From: Desulfurococcaceae archaeon
Lineage (GTDB): Archaea; Thermoproteota; Thermoprotei_A; Sulfolobales; Desulfurococcaceae
Assembly: GCA_038816475.1 (NCBI GenBank)
Contig: JAWBAI010000001.1
Span: 32,001 to 96,000, forward strand
DNA: 64,000 bases
Direction of reading: 5' to 3'
Below are positions 39,753 through 49,989 of this stretch, in pieces (the stretch's first letter is position 1; each line of letters starts with the position of its first letter). Position numbers and translations under genes: made by a program. Under the pieces are notes generated by a model. The model saw nothing but the letters and a program-made list of their open reading frames with translations. It searched no databases and had not been told where the DNA came from.

Positions 39753-39997
39753 CCTTTGTGGACAATGTACAGTAACCCTTCTCTCAGCTCTATTTCAGGA
39801 TTGTCAGATTCCACCAGGATTGCTATTTTCTCGTGAAAAAGTTGTCTACTGATTCTTACCTCAGGTGATCTGATGACCACCTGCTTTACACCTTTAATTT
39901 CCCTGCTGAGAGAGAGTTTACCAGAGTTGTCATATACGTAGATATGTACATCATACTCTTCCACCTTAGGTACAAGGTACATCATTATCTTAGCCAT
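39749..39997 (-). CDS. Hypothetical small beta-rich protein
   Basis: 82 aa; GGTG RBS; overlaps the next gene. Confidence 0.65.
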   Translation of the reverse strand: MAKIMMYLVPKVEEYDVHIYVYDNSGKLSLSREIKGVKQVVIRSPEVRISRQLFHEKIAILVESDNPEIELREGLLYIVHKG

Positions 39998-40018
39998 GCT
40001 AACACCAGCTTATGCTGT

Positions 40019-41560
40019 TTACATTGTTAGTTTCACTTTGTAGTAATCCCTTCCAGTATAAGATGTATAAATGTCTTTTACAGCTTTACTAACGGTTAGC
40101 ACGTCGATACCTAGCACGGTATTGATGGCGTTTAGTAGTGCTTGCGTTGCAGGCAACTCAAGATCCACGCTATACTTATTCCTAGCAACATACAATCTAA
40201 AGATGACCTCTATAGGCAATTCTTCAGATACAATATCTAGTTCTTCACTTATGGTAATCTTTCTACCGGATCTCTTGCCAACCCTGAGAACAAGCGGTGG
40301 ATTCATTTGCTCCGAGCTTGGGTAAATCGTAGATCTCGGTAGCGGTGTTATATCTAGAACATCCAGCCAAAGATCCTCCCCGCTTAGATTGTGCTTTTTA
40401 AGATCTTCAATTATCACTTCGTGAACGGATTCAATAACCTTCTTTCTATACTCGCTATCAAGGACTAGTTTAAGAGCTGTTTTCAGAGCGTCTAAACCCT
40501 TGTAGACGGACAACGATACATCTCTTCCAATACGTCTCCACTCCGGTTTTCTCTCAACTATTAATCTACGGCAGAGTTCACCTACTCTTGTTTTATCACG
40601 AAGAGCTTTTGACATCATAATAGCGTAGAAGAAAGCATCTGTGAGCTCCAAGTACCCTTCAACATCACCATGTTTAATTCTGAGAACTCTATCCGTTAAC
40701 CCTATTTCCGGATCCAGGTAGTAGATGATGTCGTACAGTATCCTGTCGAAAGATCTACACACACTATGGTAGTATACGTGTTCGTACATACTAGCTTTTG
40801 CTCTCATGTATTGCTTGAACTCACCTAGTGCTACTCGGTCTATGACTATCTCGAACTTGTCTCCTAGTAGTATAGGATAGCTGTTCTTGTATAGCCTTTC
40901 GTACATTATAGAACCATACTCGGATGTCCCAGCGTAGTAGCTATCTCTTCTCAAGAAATCGAGTATATCAGCTGGATAATACCCGTCTTTTATAATCCAT
41001 TTGAGTAAACTAGCAATTCCTCGAGGTTCCGAGTCACCTAAGAGTGTGTACACTAACTCCTTGAAGCCAGAAAGATTCTTGTCTACTTTCTCGAGTTGAT
41101 CCTCGATAATGTTCTTAACCAGTAGATAGCCTATTTTCTCGTGGTTTGATAGCTCTCTAGGCAAATTTTTCCTCCAAAGTAACGCGTATTCAAAGGCGTG
41201 TCCAAAGGCTGCATGACCTACGTCGTGTAATAGCCCGCTAATTCTTGATGCTTCTACAATGGTTGCAGGCTCGTAGCCTTCTAGGGCTTCTTTCCCATAA
41301 ATCGACACGACTTTGTAGAGAAGATCCTCGGTCATTAAACCAGCGAGATGCATTACACCTAGGCTGTGTTGAAACCTGGTATGCACAGCACCTGGGTAAA
41401 CGTAGTGAGCTGTTTGAAGCTGCATGATATACCTGAGTCTTTGTAAAATGATGCTGTTGATGATAGGTTCTTCGATTTCCGTATTGAAGTATACATAGCC
41501 GTAGAGAGGATCGCTAACCATTTTCCAAGTTAGGTCTGTTCTGAGCTCCTTTATATGCAT
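40019..41560 (-). CDS. HD-domain phosphohydrolase (YdhJ/SAMHD1-like dNTP triphosphohydrolase family)
   Basis: DPLYG, QRLRYIMQL..VYPGAVHTRFQHSLG, LLHDVGH..FGH, HE, DILDFLRRDSYY and MYEHVYYH; start 41560 after GGTGGTG. Confidence 0.88.
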   Translation of the reverse strand: MHIKELRTDLTWKMVSDPLYGYVYFNTEIEEPIINSIILQRLRYIMQLQTAHYVYPGAVHTRFQHSLGVMHLAGLMTEDLLYKVVSIYGKEALEGYEPATIVEASRISGLLHDVGHAAFGHAFEYALLWRKNLPRELSNHEKIGYLLVKNIIEDQLEKVDKNLSGFKELVYTLLGDSEPRGIASLLKWIIKDGYYPADILDFLRRDSYYAGTSEYGSIMYERLYKNSYPILLGDKFEIVIDRVALGEFKQYMRAKASMYEHVYYHSVCRSFDRILYDIIYYLDPEIGLTDRVLRIKHGDVEGYLELTDAFFYAIMMSKALRDKTRVGELCRRLIVERKPEWRRIGRDVSLSVYKGLDALKTALKLVLDSEYRKKVIESVHEVIIEDLKKHNLSGEDLWLDVLDITPLPRSTIYPSSEQMNPPLVLRVGKRSGRKITISEELDIVSEELPIEVIFRLYVARNKYSVDLELPATQALLNAINTVLGIDVLTVSKAVKDIYTSYTGRDYYKVKLTM

Positions 41561-41658
41561 ATAAGCACCACCACTGCCCATTTAACGAGAGGTTTAGGAG
41601 GAGAAAAACTTTTATATTCTACAACCACAATCTGTTGATTCACTTAAGTTTAAAGCTG

Positions 41659-41847
41659 TTATTTCTTCGCAACCCAGCCTTCAGGCGTTCTTTCAGCTAG
41701 TCCTTCTTTCCTGAGATCATGAAGTCTAGCTCTAACAGTACTGTAGTTTATTCCTGTCATTTTAGCTATTTCCTTGGGCATAAGTGGCTTGCTCTGGGAC
41801 CTTAGGAATTCTAGTATTTTTTCTTTGGCTGTTTTAGCCTCGCTCAT
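41659..41847 (-). CDS. Small winged-helix DNA-binding protein (62 aa)
   Basis: ILEFL..PKEIAKMTGINYSTVRARLHDLRKEGL; start at the ATG at 41847. Confidence 0.8.
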   Translation of the reverse strand: MSEAKTAKEKILEFLRSQSKPLMPKEIAKMTGINYSTVRARLHDLRKEGLAERTPEGWVAKK

Positions 41848-41941
41848 GGAGATCCCCGATCCTAGTGTTCGTTCTCGGGGTTTATAAAGTCGCATTTTAA
41901 TAGCTAAACAGACTAGATTAGTACTAGTCCCGGTGCTGATC

Positions 41942-42895
41942 ATGGTGTACGCCATAGTAGCACACACTGATATGGATGGCGTTGCTTCGGCAGCTCTCTA
42001 TCTTTACCTCAACGAAGTATCCGATTTCCGTGTCTTTTTCTCAGAGCCGTTTTTGCTTCACAAGACCTTGGGTAGGACGACATCTGCTTACTATGAGAAA
42101 GTAGTTATATTTGATTTGGGTATCAACCCGGTGAGCTACACGAAAGTTTTAGAATACATAAAGTTGCTACGTGAGTACAGCATACCGATAACCTGGTTTG
42201 ATCATCACATCTGGGAAGAGAACTGGATAAGAGATATGGAGAAGCTTGGAGTTGAGCTTTACATTGATAGGTCTACGTGCACAGTGGGAGTAGTAGCCAA
42301 GCATCTGAAACCGACTAGGAGAGCCGTTGATGAACACTTTGTCGAGAACTTAGTAAGGGGTGTATGCGCAGGCGACCTCTGGAGGTTTGATCACTGGCTA
42401 GGAGGATTCTACATGAGAGTAGTGAGAAGAAGAGATAAGGACTCATGGAGAAAAACGGTGCTCAAGACATTAGCATCGGGTACTTTGTGGTCCGAAGACT
42501 TCAACGCTAAGGTAGAAGAGCATATTGATAACGAGTTCAGATGCTTATCGAGCGATCTCTCCTTAATCATAAGGAACATCAATGGGGTAAAGCTCGCAGT
42601 TGCTGAAAGCGTAGAACTGTTAGAGAATAGTTTTCTAGCATCGTACATCATGGGTAGATACGACGTGGACATCGTTGTTCTCGCGTCCATGGATGGTAAG
42701 CTTAGTATTAGAAGCAGAAACATCGATGTCAGAGAAGTAGCATATTCATTGGGCGGAGGTGGTCACATGCATGCAGCTGGTGCTAAGATAGGAATACCAT
42801 GGTGGATAAAACTACTTTCGCGTGTGAATAGGAACACTTTGCTACACTACGTATCACGCTTGATTGCTCAAAAGCTAGCACAGAGGTGGCAGTAG
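41942..42895 (+). CDS. DHH/DHHA1 phosphoesterase (NrnA-like)
   Basis: HTDMDG, FDLG, FDHH and GGGGHMHAAG motifs. Confidence 0.9.
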   Translation: MVYAIVAHTDMDGVASAALYLYLNEVSDFRVFFSEPFLLHKTLGRTTSAYYEKVVIFDLGINPVSYTKVLEYIKLLREYSIPITWFDHHIWEENWIRDMEKLGVELYIDRSTCTVGVVAKHLKPTRRAVDEHFVENLVRGVCAGDLWRFDHWLGGFYMRVVRRRDKDSWRKTVLKTLASGTLWSEDFNAKVEEHIDNEFRCLSSDLSLIIRNINGVKLAVAESVELLENSFLASYIMGRYDVDIVVLASMDGKLSIRSRNIDVREVAYSLGGGGHMHAAGAKIGIPWWIKLLSRVNRNTLLHYVSRLIAQKLAQRWQ

Positions 42896-43432
42896 CACTA
42901 TTAATCCATCAGCAGCACTTATCGTTAGGCTCATCTTGAAGAAGTGGAAAACGCATACTATAGCTGCTACAACAGCGTCAGCTTCATGCTTGCTACTACA
43001 TCGCTCTACGTCAAGGTTAATTCTCCGGGTTAATGCATTCAAGCTCTGGCATCTACTAGACTTAAGAGCACTTAAGGGATGGGTTTCAACAACTTGTACA
43101 CCTAGGTTTCGCATTACTTCCGTTAGCTCCATTGCTCTAAGCGTTAAGTTGGTCATGCTTCTCCATCTGGGTGGTAGTACCCTGAAGCCGTGTCTGATCA
43201 TCTCTATGTCTACGTCGCGGTATCCTCTCCCCGAGGATGGCATAGATAAAGGGGAGTCTACAGCTACCATGTCTACGTTGCTTGATCTTAAAGCTTCTAC
43301 TATTTCGTGATTTGTGTAAACAGTTGAAACGTTTAAAACCCGAAGTTCCAACGGGCTTCTAGCTTCAATTATTGCCAAACCACTTGGTCTATGCGGTTTA
43401 GCAGCTAAGTCTAGTCCTGCGCAGATCACCAT
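42875..43432 (-). CDS. DUF429 RNase H-fold nuclease-like protein
   Basis: GLDLAA, VDSPLS, RDVD, ETHP and HEADA motifs. Confidence 0.8.
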   Translation of the reverse strand: MVICAGLDLAAKPHRPSGLAIIEARSPLELRVLNVSTVYTNHEIVEALRSSNVDMVAVDSPLSMPSSGRGYRDVDIEMIRHGFRVLPPRWRSMTNLTLRAMELTEVMRNLGVQVVETHPLSALKSSRCQSLNALTRRINLDVERCSSKHEADAVVAAIVCVFHFFKMSLTISAADGLIVLLPPLC

Positions 43433-44799
43433 TTAACTAGTTCTCCTCTGTTAAATTCTATGAGCTCCGTGTACTCTCTATATAGTTCCTCAACTTGCTG
43501 AATCCACGTGTGTAGCTTACGGGGGTTATCCGGATAACCTTCAGCATATAGTGCTTGTGCTCTGTTCATGTAGTGTCTCACTGTTCTGAGCTGATTGAGC
43601 AGTGTAGGTTTACCGAGTAGTTTAATAAAGGATGCTATTGCATGAAGTACTGTGCTGGAGATTTCACCTCTCGTTCCAAGCTCGTAGACGGATGAACCAT
43701 CAACTATTCTGTTCTTCATGATCCACTCGTAGTCTTCATTGCTCAGCTTCTGCATGTACATTCTAAGTATATCAAGTCCTGCTTGCTTAGACCCGTAAGT
43801 ACTCATGTACTCTACGTTAACGCTCCACATCGTCTCCTCGTCGACTCTGCCTTGTTCTAGTGCAGAACTTAAGTACCTTGAAACTATGTGTGATGACAAC
43901 ATGGATGAACCTATTCCACCTCCATGTATAGGGTTAGCAGTGTAAGCAGCGTCTCCTACAACAGCAACGTTTCTCCATACCAGTGTTGGTAAAGGTTTTC
44001 TTGTTGGAACAACACCTCCCCCTGAGTGAATTATTTTTCCTCTAAACCTAGGTCTCAAGTACTTCTCAAAGTTCAATCTAGGGTTATGCAACCCGTTGTT
44101 TACAACACCAAGACCTACGTTCGCGACCACTCCATCGCTTGTCTTTGGAAACAGCCACCAGTATCCTCCAGGTGCTATATCAACGTTTATGTAGATAACG
44201 GCGTAGTCTACATCCTGTTCGCTAACGGGCTCCTCGAGTTCCACGACTTCTCTATAGGCTATATTGTAGTCAGTGGTGTACGGTCTCTCGGAAATGGGCC
44301 AGTCGCGTGGAAGCTTCGATCTTATTGCTGGTTTGTAACCCGATGCATCAATATAGGCTTTTGCTTCAATTTCAACTACTTCGCCGTTTACTTTTTTCAC
44401 CTTAAGGGATTTAACCTCGTTGGTCACAACCTCTACATCTACGACTACGTGCTGGTCGTAAAGTTCAACACCACTATCGAGAGCTTTGGTTAAAAGCCAC
44501 TGTCCAAACTTGTATCTATTTATGCTTACTCCTTCGCCAGGTACTATGATGCTGTATTGCTCTGAAGGACTGTACACCTTTACTCCTTTGTAGCGGTGGT
44601 CTACAACATTGTCGGGAATATGAATGCCGAGTTCCTTGAAATGATGAGTACCTATCGCGTCACCGCATACTCTATCCCCTATTTTAGAGCGATGTTTAGA
44701 CTCTACCAATGCAACCTTCCAGCCTTTTAACGCGAGCACGTAAGATGCATATAGTCCAGCTACACCCGCTCCTACTACAGCAACATCATACTTGTGCAT
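43426..44799 (-). CDS. Digeranylgeranylglycerophospholipid reductase (GGR family)
   Basis: GAGVAG, CGDA, PGGYWWLFPK and GDAA..NPIHGGG motifs. Confidence 0.88.
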   Translation of the reverse strand: MHKYDVAVVGAGVAGLYASYVLALKGWKVALVESKHRSKIGDRVCGDAIGTHHFKELGIHIPDNVVDHRYKGVKVYSPSEQYSIIVPGEGVSINRYKFGQWLLTKALDSGVELYDQHVVVDVEVVTNEVKSLKVKKVNGEVVEIEAKAYIDASGYKPAIRSKLPRDWPISERPYTTDYNIAYREVVELEEPVSEQDVDYAVIYINVDIAPGGYWWLFPKTSDGVVANVGLGVVNNGLHNPRLNFEKYLRPRFRGKIIHSGGGVVPTRKPLPTLVWRNVAVVGDAAYTANPIHGGGIGSSMLSSHIVSRYLSSALEQGRVDEETMWSVNVEYMSTYGSKQAGLDILRMYMQKLSNEDYEWIMKNRIVDGSSVYELGTRGEISSTVLHAIASFIKLLGKPTLLNQLRTVRHYMNRAQALYAEGYPDNPRKLHTWIQQVEELYREYTELIEFNRGELVKW

Positions 44800-44900
44800 T
44801 AAGCGGTCACCTAGATCGCTGTGTATCACCTTGATTAATATGTCTCTACTTTTAGCAAAAAAAGCTATTAGCGTAGCAAGTGGTGCAGGAACCTAGGCTT

Positions 44901-46427
44901 CTATGGAAGAACCTTCAGTAGCATACCTTCAACTACTATTGGGCTAACTTCCCTCAGTAGTTCTACGGCTTCCTGAAGCCTTTGCTCGCTGTTGCTGTAA
45001 AGTGTCAATAAGGGGTCTCCTTCGTTAACTCTGTACCCTACTTTAGCGTGCAACTCTACTCCAGCACCCTTGTCAAAGGGTGCGCCGCAGGCTCTTGCAA
45101 TTAGGGTTACTGCGGTGTTATCTATGTGGGTTACAGCACCTCCAATCGGAGAAGTCAACGTATACGTGTACCTTCCGACTAGAACATCGTCTGGTTTGAT
45201 GTTTGGATCTCCACCTTGTGCTTCAATTATTTGCTTGAACTTTTCGTAGGCTTTACCACTCAAGAATATCTCACGAGCTAGATCAGGGCCTCTTCCTTGC
45301 AGTGCCTTCCCGCTCATCTCCAGTATTAATCCAGCCAAGTAGAACGCCTTGTCGATAAGACTTTTACTCCCTTTCCTTTCTATTAGGGTTTTTAGTGCTT
45401 CGCGAGCTTCTAGCGCGGGTCCTACACTCATACCTATTGGTTGACCACCGTAGGTGATCGCCACTTTTGTTGATATTCCAAGTAATGAGGATTGTCTTAG
45501 AAACAACGATGCTAGTCTTTCAGCCTCCTGAACGTTCTCGACCTTGGCTCCACGTCCTGTAGGTATGTCTATTACGAGCTTGTTAACACCCATGCTCAGC
45601 TTCTTGGATAAAATACTAGCTACCATCTGTTGTTCAGGGTCTATGGCTAGCTTCCTTTCAATGTTAACGAATATGTCGTCGGCTGGAGCTAGACCTAGTT
45701 TTCCACCCCAGGCTAACACGCCCTTGGTTTTTCTAGCTATTTCGACGATCTCGTCCGCCGTTAAATCTACTCTTGCAAGGACCTCCATCGTGTCAGCAGT
45801 TCCAGCTGGACTCGTGATAGCTCTGCTGCTGGTCTTAGGGATGAGTAATCCACTTGCAGCAACAATGGGTACTGATATCAGTGCAACTTTGCTGTTTCCG
45901 GGTACACCACCTACGCTGTGTATATCGTAAACAGTTTCCTCAAACCTGATCTTTATGCCTGTCTCCACCATAGCTTTTATCAAGTACGATAGCTCCTCGT
46001 CTGTTAGTGGATGATATAGCTGACTCAATAGGAAAGCGGCTATTTCCGCTTCACCGTAAGCTCCAGAGACAACGTCTCTCAGTATAGCAAGGTACTCGGT
46101 CTCGGTAAGTCTCTGTCCAGAAATTCTCTTTTTCAAAGCGTTGAAACTGTGAGATAATCCGATGGGTTTAAGGCCAACAACATCACCTTCACGTATATTG
46201 ACCTGACGTGCTAGGTTTTCGGGAACAGCACACTCGCCTTCGCTTACAATCGTGCGGGTTAACATCACGGTTGCTGTTGCATACGTTTCTCCAAGCGTAA
46301 TAACAACAATACTTCCAGGAGTTAAACCAAACTTCTCGGAGTCAGCTTTGTTAACTATGACAACTGGATGTGGATACACTACGTCGAGTACTTTAACTTT
46401 GAATAACCTAGTCGACACGACTTTCAC
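44901..46427 (-). CDS. AMP phosphorylase (pentose bisphosphate pathway)
   Basis: N-terminal double-psi-barrel-like extension, DIHSVGGVPGN, PKTSSRAITSPAGTAD and IIEAQGG. Confidence 0.92.
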   Translation of the reverse strand: MKVVSTRLFKVKVLDVVYPHPVVIVNKADSEKFGLTPGSIVVITLGETYATATVMLTRTIVSEGECAVPENLARQVNIREGDVVGLKPIGLSHSFNALKKRISGQRLTETEYLAILRDVVSGAYGEAEIAAFLLSQLYHPLTDEELSYLIKAMVETGIKIRFEETVYDIHSVGGVPGNSKVALISVPIVAASGLLIPKTSSRAITSPAGTADTMEVLARVDLTADEIVEIARKTKGVLAWGGKLGLAPADDIFVNIERKLAIDPEQQMVASILSKKLSMGVNKLVIDIPTGRGAKVENVQEAERLASLFLRQSSLLGISTKVAITYGGQPIGMSVGPALEAREALKTLIERKGSKSLIDKAFYLAGLILEMSGKALQGRGPDLAREIFLSGKAYEKFKQIIEAQGGDPNIKPDDVLVGRYTYTLTSPIGGAVTHIDNTAVTLIARACGAPFDKGAGVELHAKVGYRVNEGDPLLTLYSNSEQRLQEAVELLREVSPIVVEGMLLKVLP

Positions 46428-46500
46428 TCCAACTTGGACGCAAAAAGTACTATGTGAGTAACCGGGTTTTTAAATCCTAAACTGTTTTACACGTAAAGAT

Positions 46501-46680
46501 CTACTTTCGAAAATGCTTCTTTAGTTTTTCGATGAGCTTTTCATACTCTTCTTCTAGCATCTCTTCTCTTAGAATATTCTCTAGTACCGCTCTTGCCATT
46601 TCTCTAGTGGATGGGTCAAGATCTTTTAACACGTCTTCAAGGGCTTTCTTACGATTTTTCTGAGGTTTGTATACGGACAT
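46501..46680 (-). CDS. Small helical hypothetical protein (59 aa)
   Basis: Manual translation MSVYKPQKNRKKALEDVLKDLDPSTREMARAVLENILREEMLEEEYEKLIEKLKKHFRK; AGGTG RBS; fills the gap. Confidence 0.7.
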   Translation of the reverse strand: MSVYKPQKNRKKALEDVLKDLDPSTREMARAVLENILREEMLEEEYEKLIEKLKKHFRK

Positions 46681-46734
46681 TCAAGCACCTATTCTTACCC
46701 CCTATTCCTACCTTATGGTTAAAACCCGAATTAA

Positions 46735-48135
46735 TTATCCTATAGTAACTTCTAGTACTCTTCCACCGCGCCCATTTGTGATTTCATGTATTTTGCGTTC
46801 AACTTTCTCCACCATAGTTACGAGTCTTTCGCTTGTTCCAGCTTCTGCATATATTCTCAGCTTAGGCTCTGTACCACTTTTACGAACAAGCACCCAAGAT
46901 CTATCTTTGTACTCGAATCTGTAGCCATCTATGTCTATTACCCTTACTGGATCTCCCAGTAAGCAGGACATTTCATCGACGAGATCCCTGTACACTAGTT
47001 CTCGGATCTCTGGTGGATCTAGCAGATAGCTTCTTCTGTCCCAGGGGTAATCGGGTATTCTTTCATCATCAAGTAATTTCGATATGTTCTTTCCCGTTTC
47101 TACGAGGTACTTAGTTAGTAGAGCAACTTGAAGAACACCGTCAACCCATGGACCCCACTCTGTGAGTATCAGCTTCCAGGGTTCTCCAGCCATAACCACA
47201 TTTTGTCTTCCTAGCTCTTTCACTCTCTCATGTGTTTTACCAAGGTTATATCGTTCCACAGTACCTCCCATTTCCAGTACAACATCATCCACCACATACC
47301 CTGTGTCTATGCTGACAACGACATGCCCCTTTCTACTCTCCAGTACCTTCTTGGCATAGAAAGCTAGTAGTCTATCCTGCCTTATGAAACCCGAGAGCGG
47401 ATCCAGTACTGCTAGTCTATCCGCATCACCATCGAAGGCGAATATAGCGTGTGGTTTAAATACGCTGTATTTGTCCAAGAGACCTTCAAGCACATCCTTA
47501 CGTGGCTCAGGAGGTCTTATAGGGAAATAGCCATCGGGGTTGCAGTTCAAGGTTATAGGCTTAGCACCAAGTGCTCTAACCAGTAGAGGTGCTACGTAGT
47601 ACGATGCACCATTTGCACAATCTAAGACTATGTTTACGGGTTTTACGGTTCTTGGTTTTTCAACGAAGTTCAAAAGGTCCTCTACGTACTCGTCTAAGAT
47701 GTGGTGAGAAACACTAGCTTGACCCACGCGACTCCACTCCACGTATCGCGGGTGTTCATCAAGCATTTTCTCGATTTCAGCTTCCAGGTCTCTTGTAAAC
47801 TCATAGCCATTGTTATCGTAGAACTTCATACCATTGTACTCAGGAGGGTTATGACTAGCGGTTACACTAACCCCTAGGGACCTGTACTTCGATGCAGAAT
47901 AAGCAGCTACAGGTGTAGGAGCGGTTCCAACATAGATCACGTTAACACCAGCCGACATAAGCCCCGATGAAACAGCGTAAGACACCACGTGACTCGTTGT
48001 TCTAGTGTCGTGTACTATGTACGCCTCCTTAGATATACTTAATCTACCAACAGCGTTTCCTATTCTTAGTGCTAGCAGAGGGTCTAGTTCGTCTCCATAC
48101 CTCATTCTTATACCAGCTGTTCCAAACACCTTCAT
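46735..48135 (-). CDS. Alpha-D-phosphohexomutase family (PGM/PMM or phosphopentomutase)
   Basis: FGTAGIR, TASHNPPEYNG, DGDADR and RKSGTEPKLR motifs. Confidence 0.9.
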   Translation of the reverse strand: MKVFGTAGIRMRYGDELDPLLALRIGNAVGRLSISKEAYIVHDTRTTSHVVSYAVSSGLMSAGVNVIYVGTAPTPVAAYSASKYRSLGVSVTASHNPPEYNGMKFYDNNGYEFTRDLEAEIEKMLDEHPRYVEWSRVGQASVSHHILDEYVEDLLNFVEKPRTVKPVNIVLDCANGASYYVAPLLVRALGAKPITLNCNPDGYFPIRPPEPRKDVLEGLLDKYSVFKPHAIFAFDGDADRLAVLDPLSGFIRQDRLLAFYAKKVLESRKGHVVVSIDTGYVVDDVVLEMGGTVERYNLGKTHERVKELGRQNVVMAGEPWKLILTEWGPWVDGVLQVALLTKYLVETGKNISKLLDDERIPDYPWDRRSYLLDPPEIRELVYRDLVDEMSCLLGDPVRVIDIDGYRFEYKDRSWVLVRKSGTEPKLRIYAEAGTSERLVTMVEKVERKIHEITNGRGGRVLEVTIG

Positions 48136-48239
48136 AGCTTCACCCGAACTTGCTCACATACAATCTGAGAGCCCATGGTATTAAGTAGTACAAGGAAATA
48201 ATAGTTGATTGGTTAAGGAAGGCTCTGCGCGAATTAAGG

Positions 48240-48953
48240 TTGCACAGGGATACTGGTTTGGAGGTGTATGTTGGAACATCTGGCTGGTTGTACGACTGGA
48301 ATGAGGGGGCCTCGCTCGACTGGTATGTTGAGGAAAGCGGGTTAAACGCCGTTGAATTAAACGCCAGTTTCTATAGGTTTCCGTTCAGAAACCAGGTCAA
48401 AGGCTGGTCTATTAAGGGTAGTACACTGAGGTGGAGTGTGAAAGTTCACAGGTCTATAACGCATCTTCGAAAGCTAAGCGAGAAAGCCTTGGATATTTGG
48501 TTCAAGTTCTCGGATCTCTTTAAGCCCATGGATTCGCTTATAGACTTCTACCTGTTTCAGTTACCTCCTAACTATACATGTAAAGAGGATAACCTAGAGA
48601 GAATTAGCGAATTTAATAGTAACGTAAAACTAGGTCTACGGATGGCTGTGGAGTTTAGGCACGAGTCCTGCTTTTCTAGCAAGGTTGTAGAATGGGCTCA
48701 GGAAACGGGTATTACATTGGTCTCTGTGGATGCGCCCATAGCGACCTGGATCGTCTCTACGCATGACATAGTGTACCTAAGAATGCATGGAAGAAGTGCA
48801 TGGTATGGTCATGACTACACCGAAGAAGAGCTAATGGAGATAGCTAACCGCGTACTTGAACTAAACCCTAAAAAGGTATATGTGTTCTTCAACAATGATC
48901 ACTGGATGCTCAGCAACGCGAGATTCATGAAAAAGATTCTAAGTAAGTTGTGA
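48240..48953 (+). CDS. DUF72 family protein
   Basis: VGTSGW, VELNASFY, FQLPP, EFRH, YLRMHGR and FFNND motifs. Confidence 0.9.
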   Translation: MHRDTGLEVYVGTSGWLYDWNEGASLDWYVEESGLNAVELNASFYRFPFRNQVKGWSIKGSTLRWSVKVHRSITHLRKLSEKALDIWFKFSDLFKPMDSLIDFYLFQLPPNYTCKEDNLERISEFNSNVKLGLRMAVEFRHESCFSSKVVEWAQETGITLVSVDAPIATWIVSTHDIVYLRMHGRSAWYGHDYTEEELMEIANRVLELNPKKVYVFFNNDHWMLSNARFMKKILSKL

Positions 48954-48957
48954 GGTT

Positions 48958-49989
48958 ATGAGTAGACCTAAGGATCTCCACGAAATTCTACGAGAAATAT
49001 ACGTTGAGCCATCCAGGGAAGCGTACGAACTTGCGTTGAAGTACGGGTACTTACCCTACATGGTTCAAAGATACATTGATACGCTGGGATACAGGGATGC
49101 CGTACTTCTTCTTGAATCTTTCGAGAAGCCTCCTAAACCCGTAGTTAGAGTAAACACTCTTCTTATAACACCTAAGGATCTAAAGAACAGGCTAGAGCAG
49201 CTTGGTTTTCAACTCGAGGAGATCAGATGGTCTAGTGAAGCGTTTCACGTTAAGAGAGCACCTCATTCACCTAGCATAGGTGCTACGCATGAGTACTTGA
49301 AAGGCTTCTACTACGTTCATAAGGATGCTACCAGTTTAATCCCAGTAATGCTTCTACTTCACGGCTACGAAGGAGACGTTCTCGATGTGTGTGCGGCGCC
49401 GGGAGGTAAGGCTACGTACATAGCACAGATACTGAAGTCTAGAGGAAAAGGTGTGGTTTACGCTAACGACCTAGTTCTGTACAGGTTGAAGTCTTTGGTA
49501 GGACACGTGATGAGGCTAAAATTAGACAACGTCGTAGTGCTATGGAGCGATGCAAGGAAACTTCCTATGAAAATCGGCAGAACGTTTGACCGTGTATTAC
49601 TTGATGCACCATGTAGTGGTGAGGGAAGAATATCCGTAGATCCTGGCAGAAAAACGAGAACAAGTGTTCTAGACCTGGCTATAATGGTGAAAAGAGAAAT
49701 AGAGCTCCTGTGGAGCCTCGTAGATATCGTTAGCGAAGGAGGAATAATCGCGTACGTAACATGTAGTATTGCTCCAGAGGAAAACGAGTACGTGGTAAAC
49801 GAGGTTCTCAGGGGTAAAGGTGGACTTGAAGTCGTCGAGCCCCCTCTCAGACTACTCGATTACTCAAAAGGGCTTACGGAGTACAGGAACCTGAAGTTCT
49901 CTGAGGAAATGGAGTATTGCATTAGGATATGGCCGTTTAAACACGAACTTTTCGGGTATTACATATGTCTTCTAAGAAAAAAATCATAA
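48958..49989 (+). CDS. RsmB/NOP2-family RNA m5C methyltransferase
   Basis: DVCAAPGGK, LDAPCSG and YVTCS..PEENE motifs. Confidence 0.92.
   Translation: MSRPKDLHEILREIYVEPSREAYELALKYGYLPYMVQRYIDTLGYRDAVLLLESFEKPPKPVVRVNTLLITPKDLKNRLEQLGFQLEEIRWSSEAFHVKRAPHSPSIGATHEYLKGFYYVHKDATSLIPVMLLLHGYEGDVLDVCAAPGGKATYIAQILKSRGKGVVYANDLVLYRLKSLVGHVMRLKLDNVVVLWSDARKLPMKIGRTFDRVLLDAPCSGEGRISVDPGRKTRTSVLDLAIMVKREIELLWSLVDIVSEGGIIAYVTCSIAPEENEYVVNEVLRGKGGLEVVEPPLRLLDYSKGLTEYRNLKFSEEMEYCIRIWPFKHELFGYYICLLRKKS

Noticed and set aside
41659-41847. Z-alpha (Z-DNA-binding) identity for the small wHTH protein
   Set aside because: Has the terminal Trp but lacks the Asn/Tyr recognition residues
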